DNA of 63,736 nucleotides, filler included, from Halocafeteria seosinensis (lineage: Eukaryota), in assembly GCA_001687465.1 (NCBI GenBank). It is 5 parts of 5 records of this genome, joined end to end, with 100 filler letters (N's around TTAATTAATTAA, not from the genome) between each part and the next. Parts side by side here need not be neighbours in the genome. Positions count along the whole stretch, not along the records: positions 47,601 to 61,624 come from LVLI01000086.1; positions 61,725 to 63,736 come from LVLI01000111.1; 3 more parts are not named here. One strand, written 5' to 3'. The stretch's first letter is position 1, and every line of letters begins with the position of its first letter. A program made the position numbers and the translations under genes. A model generated the notes under the pieces. The model was not told the origin of the DNA, did no database searches, and saw only the letters and a list, made by a program, of their open reading frames with translations. Of this stretch, positions 56,315-63,736 are shown one piece after another.

Positions 56315-57197
56315 TCTATCTATATATATTCGACTTGGAAATTCGGGCCAACTCGAAACGTTTTGTGTATATAGCAACAACGTCGTAGTCTTCTCCTCCG
56401 GAGTGGAGACATCAATCTTTCCTGCTACCAAAGGTTGTTTCAAATTTTCAAAACCTTTCCATCCCGCACGTCGACAGCCGTTGTTGTGTTGTGCATCACT
56501 ACGTACGGTAGTTGTTTTTTACGGAAGAAATATAGTGTACATACATGCTACCCTCAACTGTGTGCAACTTCCAAGAAGCTTGCGCAAATTCAAAACGAAG
56601 CGCTAGGTCATATTATACAGGACTACACAGTTGTAACCCAGCCGCCGCAATTCTTTCAGACCATCTCACTTCTCAATGTTGGGTGCTTTCCTTAGCATGT
56701 ACAAGTATTTGTGTATGCAGCGTAAGTATACTAAATATGGAAGGAAATCAACACTCCAATCCGAATCTGGAAATATTTTCATTCATTTGTATTATGGAAA
56801 CAACTACTTGTAACTAAGACGATTCGTCAATGAGTTATCAGATAGAGAGCAACTCATTTAGCCCACATGTCGCCAGTGGCGAATCGCAACCAAATATCAT
56901 TGTATTTCCATCCTTTCGCAGAAAACTCACCAATCGCAGTCTCTACTGACTCGTTCTCAGCCTGGTTGTACGCGTCTTGCTGGTAGGAAAGTGGTTGGGG
57001 GACATAAGACATCACAATGACCGCAGAACCAGCCAACGTCTTTTTCCGTACACCGCGAACAATATTTTTTGGTTGAGCCATGCTCTAGCACCCAATCTCA
57101 CGCTTCATTCGTTCAGTCCACTCCCGAACGAATTTCATGGCACGAATCTGAAACTGACGCGTGCACGCCAACCAAACTCTTCCTTCAAAAGCTTCAG

Positions 57198-57392
57198 TAA
57201 ATAGAAAGAGCTACGATTGCCATGCAGGGCTGCGTCACACTAGAGGTTTTGTTCGTTGTTGGAAAAGTTTCGCCACTTTCGGCCGTGTTTGTTTACCGAT
57301 AAATAGAAAGAGCTACGATTGCCATGCGGGGCTGCGTCACACTAGAGGTTTTGTTCGTTGTTGGAAAAGTTTCGCCACTTTCGGCCGTGTTT
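57198..57392. repeat. Two 102-bp tandem copies
   Basis: taaatagaaagagctacgattgccatgc... at 57198 and 57300. Confidence 0.9.
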
Positions 57393-58243
57393 GTCGGTAA
57401 ACATGACGTCTCTCTGGAACGTATCGATGTCTGATTGGCATACAGTAACTGAGAGCACTTTCCGTAAGATTTATCCTATGAAAGAGAGGATTTGGGGTTC
57501 ACCATACTGAAAGATGGCCGAGCAACCGCATTTCGGCTGGTCCTGGTGTATCACCCGGTACTCTTTGTTCCATTGCTCCAATTTCTTGGATACCCTTCTT
57601 CGCGTTCCATAGGGATGAAGCTCAACCCCAAACTCGCTGGTAAATCTTCTATAACGGCCTCAACGTATGAATGAAGACACTTGCATACGTCTCCGAACAT
57701 CCAAGACTTTGTCGGTAGCGGCAAAACAATGGGTTCTTGTTGGCCTCGCTGGAGTGCCCTTATTTGCAGCATGCCCAGATTCTTCTTGAGTAAGGTTCTT
57801 TATATCAAATTTCAGATCCGTGATGAACTTGAAAGGGGGAAGAATAGATATTGTTGCATCATTGTTGTCTTTCAGCGACCACGGACGTTCTTGTGGTCGC
57901 TCGGCAATCGGCCATCGAGAATCAAAATGTATAGGTAGGACTTGATATGTCTATCCATCCGTAAGGTATCGTGCGCAGTGAGACCCTAGCAAATCAATAG
58001 AAGGAAAACTTTCCAAAGACCGTACAAAGTCCATGCAGGCCCGTAAAACAAGCCTAATGTGTTGACAATTGGGTTTGACAGTCAATGACTTTGACTTCGC
58101 CGTGAAGCTTTTCTACAGTACACGACAATCTTTTCTGCCACCCAGCTCGTTTCAACGATTTCGTGTACCATATATAGAATGCCCTGAGGTTGTTTGTGAC
58201 TGTCCCAGCGGTGGTGACTCGAGTTCCACAGATAGAGTAGAGT

Positions 58244-60596
58244 ATGGAGGTCCGGCTCCTCAAGTCCGATGGAGGGGGAGCGACCAATAGCCATACCTCG
58301 GAAATGGACCCGGCGGAAGAAGCTGAGGAGGAGGCCTTGACCTTTATGTCAGTGTTTATTGGTCTTATGGTGATGGTTGCCGGGTTCATGATAGTCCACC
58401 GTATGCGCGTGAAGAAGGTCTCTTGGATTCCCGAAGCTTGGATTTTCTTTGGCATTGGAATCGTTATGGGAGCGTTTGTGCACTCAGGAATTTCTGTGAA
58501 ATTAACCTTAATTTATCAACATTTAGAACAGAGCTTCAACCAGCTGTTTTTCGTCCTTCTGCTCCCGCCGATTATTTTTGAGAGCGGATACAATATGAAC
58601 AAGGTAAGAAGGGACTGAACTTCACCGGTTCCTGCTGGAATTGGCTGTCACAGAATGTTGCTTTGATTGTAACAGAAGAGCTTCTTCTCGAATTTTGATG
58701 GCATTTTCTCCTTGGCCGTACTGGGAACCATTATAGCTACATTTACAACGGGGATGGTGGTGTGGTTTTTCGGATGGGCCGGGGTGTGCTATCCCTTCAC
58801 GTTTCTGGACTCCCTCACATTTGGGGCCATCATTTCGGCGGTAGACCCCATCACAGTCTTAGCCGTCTTTCAGACTCTGGGAGTCAATGAGAACCTGTAT
58901 GCACTGGTGTTTGGAGAGAGCGTCTTGAATGATGCCGTAGCCATTGTACTCTATCATACGATGATTAACTTTCACTCCAAGGCGTCAGTGGAAACAGGAG
59001 ACATATTTTTGGGTTGTGTCTACTTTACGGTTACTTTCTTGGGATCACTAATCATTGGTTTCATCACGGGGCTAGCTTCGGCTCTCATCTTCAAGTTTTC
59101 GACCATCGGCGTAAGTTCGTGCCAACTTCCTATTAGTATTTCATCTTCTCCAACAACGAGCTTTTTCAAATTACTATGCGCAGCGGCAAAACCCCGAAAT
59201 CGAAAGAGGTCTTTTAACTCTTTGGCCTTTTGTTGCTTACATGCTGGCCGAAGGGCTTCAGCTGTCCGGTGTAGTCTCGATACTCTTCGCGGGAATAACG
59301 ATGGCTCATTACACAGTCCACAATTTGTCTCCCCCTGCTCGAAAATATTCATCGCAACTATTCAAAGTGTTGTCGTCGATCGCCGAAGGCCTAGTTTTTG
59401 TGTACATTGGCCTTGCGTGCCCAGCTGTGTTGCACAATCGACTGCTCTCAAAATACTGGATGCTTCTTCCAGTGACGCTGGTGGCTTGTCTTCTTTGCAG
59501 GGCACTCAATGTACAGGCGTGTTCCTCGATTGTCAATCGATTTCGACAAGAGTCTAGCGCTTGTATCGATGAGAAAATGAAGTTTATTCTCTGGTTTGGA
59601 GGATTGCGTGGTGGAGTCTCGTACGCTCTAGCGGCGTCTGCTCGAGTCGCTCTCGCTGGAACAGAGTCTAGTGAGCTGTTTGAAGTCTGCACGCTCTTTA
59701 TTGTCGTCTTCACGTTGGTCATATGCGGTGGAAGTGTAGGTCCGCTGACAAGGCACTTGGATTTATCTGCTAAACACCAACCTTATCAGGAATGGCCCAT
59801 CACGGAGCACCCCTATTCTACGTTTGAGGAAGATGAGAGGCCGTTCAGCCGATTTGGTTTGTACGAAGACGGGTGGTTGCCCCGTCGTTATCAGTCTCTT
59901 AGTATAGAGACCGGAAAGCGTTGGGAAAATCAGCAAGACACAGGAAACGTGCGGGCTCAAGTAAGAAAAAACCTAACAAAGCAATTTTACATGGAGCATA
60001 GATGGCCCCGTTTGAATCGGAGGAGTGCGTTCTCAAGGCTCAGCCACATGATGCCTAGGGATTGCCAAAACGTGATATCTGGCATAGGGGGCAAGATAAA
60101 AGCAGCTTGTATCGGATCTATTGGACGTTTTATAAGCTATTGCCGAGGTAATATCACAAGAAATAGGGAAAGGATGTCGTTTTCGAGTTCGCATTACCAA
60201 AAGTTAGACGTTATTGTTGAGGAACCAGAAGAAGACGAGCAGGAGCATGAAGAGGAGGCCTTGGTGCACTCGTCCAGCCCACTTGCAGAGGAGCAAGAAC
60301 CTCAATCTTCCGTCGCGATCGGTGGGATGGGTGCCAACGTGGGGTCTCCACGGGAATTCTCTCAGAACAACGAGCCCCATACCGAAGGATTTAATACGGC
60401 TAGTGCTTTGGTCAACCAACCTAATATCCATACATGGGAGAACTTTGACAACGCAGTACTCAAAAGATTGTTCGTAAGCCCACAGACCGCTTTGTCCGAC
60501 ACTCTAGATACAGATACTGCCAATCAAACCGCACAAGCAGGGGAAGAGTATAAACAGGGACTGAATAAGGAAATGATAGATTCCCCGTCTGATTGA
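58244..60596 (+). CDS. CPA1 Na+/H+ exchanger, NHE8/NHX-like, multi-exon
   Basis: LLPPIIFESGY, ISAVDPITVLA, VFGESVLNDAVAIVL, SGVVSILFAG, GLRGGVSYALA; introns near 58603 and 59111. Confidence 0.92.
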
Positions 60597-61425
60597 GAGC
60601 ATTTAGGAGAACAATCTGTGGGAAGGAGTGTATAAGTGCAATCCCCGGTCTTGTATCCGATAGGCCATTGAATGTTCTGAATGCGCTCTAATTTGAGAAA
60701 CTCTTGTAGTGGACTAGGTCAGGCATGCATAAGTTCCGTGCATTTTTGGTTGCTACGGGGTACCTCTTACGGAATTAGCGTTGGCAAGTGCTCTTGCACG
60801 AGATTGTTATGACATTTCCGGGGCCCTTCTTACGAGAAGGTACACCACATGAACTAAGCGACCCTGTCAGAACCATTATCATGTTCCCGACAAATGTTTC
60901 GGCGTAGACTGTTTAGTCTTGGTCTTCTTGTTTTTGATGTGCCTTCGGAGGGATGTTCTCCATAGAAATTGTTCTGGATACTGCGTTGGTGGTCACTGGA
61001 CGCAAGCTTATCTTGCAATGGTAAGGTTGACGCGTCAAACGGATTGAGGCTTCTTAGAGAAGGAATGCTCATTGACCCTCCCCAAGGCAGTGAAACCATG
61101 CCCAGCCAGTGATCAGTTTACTGGTACACTTCTATGCAGCGAAAATAGCCCGCCTTGAACATCCATTCAATAGTTTCTGTTTTTACAGCAATATATATAT
61201 ATACCCTAACCCAGGATTTAGTTATTCGTGGGATGCCTTTGAGTGAAGCTTGCCTGAGCCATGATACAGCCGAAGAGATATACAGGGAAAGCTTGGCCGG
61301 AAGCCGAGTGGATTCCTGAGTTTCTTCACAACTGCACTTGCGAAGCATTCAAGCAGCATGGATAGCAAGACAAATAATTTTATGCAGAGATTCTTTTCCG
61401 GAGTATCCGGAAGGCTAATTCGAAA

Positions 61426-61624
61426 GTGGGTCGCCAATTCGCCCATCTCGTAACGTTGAGCGAAAGTGAAAACTGGCCTCTTTTCTACGATGCTGCTGCC
61501 ATATATGATGACAGCACGAGACAATCTTTGGCAGGCTACAGACCGGAGGAACTCAGACAACTGTGCAAAGCTAGCGGTTTGCCTGTTTACGGTACAAAGC
61601 TTGTACTCACGACTGCACCAATAC
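61426..61624 (+). pseudogene. SAP-domain-like fragment
   Basis: YRPEELRQLCKASGLPVYGTK fits the SAP consensus; cut by contig end. Confidence 0.45.
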
Positions 61625-61724
61625 NNNNNNNNNNNNNNNNNNNNNNNNNNNNNNNNNNNNNNNNNNNNTTAATTAATTAANNNNNNNNNNNNNNNNNNNN
61701 NNNNNNNNNNNNNNNNNNNNNNNN
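61625..61724. other. Artificial contig linker
   Basis: N-run with TTAATTAATTAA. Confidence 0.97.
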
Positions 61725-62027
61725 TGTTCCTGCAGCCTTGCTGACATGCGCCGTGAGGGATCATAACACTGGATTTGCTCAGGAGGCANCGGGGGAGGAG
61801 CCATGCCTGCGCCCACAATGTCAGAGGTACCGACAAGGCTCAGTCTGGCAGGAGAAGACCCTGAGCCTGCCACAGCGGCGCCAACGCCAAGACCGGTTGC
61901 AGCAGCGCAGGCAGGATGAAGTGTTGTTCCCGATGCAACAGTTGTGACCAATGACAAGCCTCCACCTGACGCGGGAGGGGGCTCCCCAGAAATTCCGTCC
62001 ACCTCATTTTCGTCATCATAGCCCAGA

Positions 62028-63110
62028 TTAAAGTACATCTCCTGTTCGAGATCGAAGAAGGTGCGGCTCCCCAAGTCCTTCTGAAGCCACGAAGCCCGTC
62101 CATGCTGCCTCTGGGTAGCCCTTCCAGTGGACGAGGATCCGCTTGTCGTGGAGCCTGAAGTCGATGAACTTCTCGACCTCGTCTACCGTGTGCGTAGCTC
62201 TAGGCGGCCAGTCTAAGCAAGAGAAACCATTACCCACTGGGTTGTTTGACGCGGTCTTAGCCAAGCGGTCGGCAGCCGCGTTTGAGGCCCTGCGTATGAA
62301 CCTACAGTAATCTCTGCGCTCCTCACCATTGGGAGATTCTTAAGGTGGAACCATTCAGTCCGTGCCCTCTCGAAGAGCGGGATGAGCTTATCCTTGCGGC
62401 ACTGGGCTTCGCCATTGATGTGATCCACCATCGTTTGTGAGTCGCATTCCATATGGACATCCACCGGGGCTGGTAACTCACTTGGGGATGCGTCAAGCGC
62501 ATCGAAGACCAGTTTCAATCCCAGCAGCAGACCTTCGTATTCGGCTTCGTTGTTAGTCTTGTGTGGCCCTACGTACTGGCTTGAGAGGCCTAACTGGAGT
62601 TTAGTGCCAGCAGGCCCAACCCTGTAGCATACAGCCCCAGCTCCCGCCGGAGTCCCGCGTGCCCTGGGTTGCCCTTGGAAGCGCCATCAGTCTGGCAGAG
62701 GAGGCCTTCGAAGACATCCGTTTCGTTTATGACTGGTGGAAGGTCAGCTGCACACATCAGTCCCAGCTCCGAGGGTACAGGTTCCACCACTGAGGATTGT
62801 GATTCCGAGGGTGCCTGCGGAATTGGCAAGGCCAGAGCAGCCTCGCCGCCAGTCTGGCTGGGGTTCAGCGGGATAACAGTTGGATGTTGAAGCTGAGGTG
62901 GTTGAGGGCCTTGAGGCGCTGCTTGCGCCACGTTAGCGTTGATGTCCCCCGTTATCGCAGGATTGTTGAGGCCCTCTATCTGGGTAGTGAAGTCGTGAAA
63001 TGATCCGCAAAAGGAGTCCACCATTTTGCACTGGGACTTGACCAGCGTAACCCCTAGAGCTTTTGTTTTTTGCACGCTTTCACATATCGAGATGCGCCTA
63101 GCGGCACCAC
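62028..63110 (-). mobile_element. Degenerate retrotransposon fragment: archaeal-type RNase H followed by a chromodomain
   Basis: TDGASKGNPGHAG, TNNEAEYEGL, CDSQTMVDHING, then EVEKFIDFR...ILVHWKGYPE across frameshifts. Confidence 0.72.
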
Positions 63111-63736
63111 GGCATCACGGTAAAGACACTACAAGGGACCCTCATAAGCTGTTTCCTGATGGCCCACGCTAGAATAACGTGGGCCATCAGTCACACATCA
63201 CATTCGTCGTCGTCTTTTAGCACAACTGTCTAAAAGTTTTACACACTGAAATCACAGCAACGACACCGTGTCGTCGACACGCACCCCACGATGTACTCGA
63301 AAGGGACAACGGAGACGTATAGACGGTTCTTTCGCTTCACATTGGACAATTCGAGGCGACGTGCGAGTACAGCTGCTTGGGAGAGTGTTGGACTACAGGC
63401 TGAAGTTTAACCGTTAAACACAAAAGTTGAATTGCCTGACGTCGACGACGTCACGTCGTAGACGATTCTTCCTTCAAGTACGCGAGTCGGGGTTCAAGCT
63501 TGCTTCCTTCCAGTCAATACTGTCCATCAACATTTTTTCATGATCGAACGTGGGTTGTAGAGAAGCGCAATATTTTACTCCCTCATATCTCATTCTCTTG
63601 TTTATCCTGTTTTAGTACTGTGTGTTAGCAAACGAAGGAAGTATCTTTCTTCTTCAGGTATTCAGTAAGTCGGGTTCTTCCACCTCCCCCTGTTACAGTA
63701 TATATGGTATATGGTATATGGTATCTTGTAACAGAC

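Overview
The window holds five eukaryotic (protist-like, GT-AG introns) contigs joined by artificial 100-nt N/TTAATTAATTAA linkers, so linkage between contigs is unknown. Many single-base homopolymer frameshifts suggest sequencing error. Host genes: LRR proteins, three tandem ATM1/HMT1-type half ABC transporters, a phage-type organellar RNA polymerase, a P-loop NTPase-TIR/SEFIR-like gene, a GLUG-repeat surface protein, TTC39/Iml2, Pin1 and an NHE8-like exchanger. Transposons: a Mutator-like element with 234-bp TIRs and a TA target duplication, and an RNase H + chromodomain retroelement relic. The highlight is two AT-rich viral elements joined to host-like DNA. One is a Polinton-like virus (PLV; A32-type ATPase, lipase, capsid, truncated penton; ~6.3-13.3 kb). 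The other is a virophage (GIY-YIG nuclease, penton, 584-aa capsid; ~42.1-47.5 kb). Both start at the host junction with a large palindrome, share a TGGCTTGTAG...CTACA stem-loop motif there, and carry giant-virus-type promoter and hairpin signals. All family calls come from motif recognition; no searches were run.
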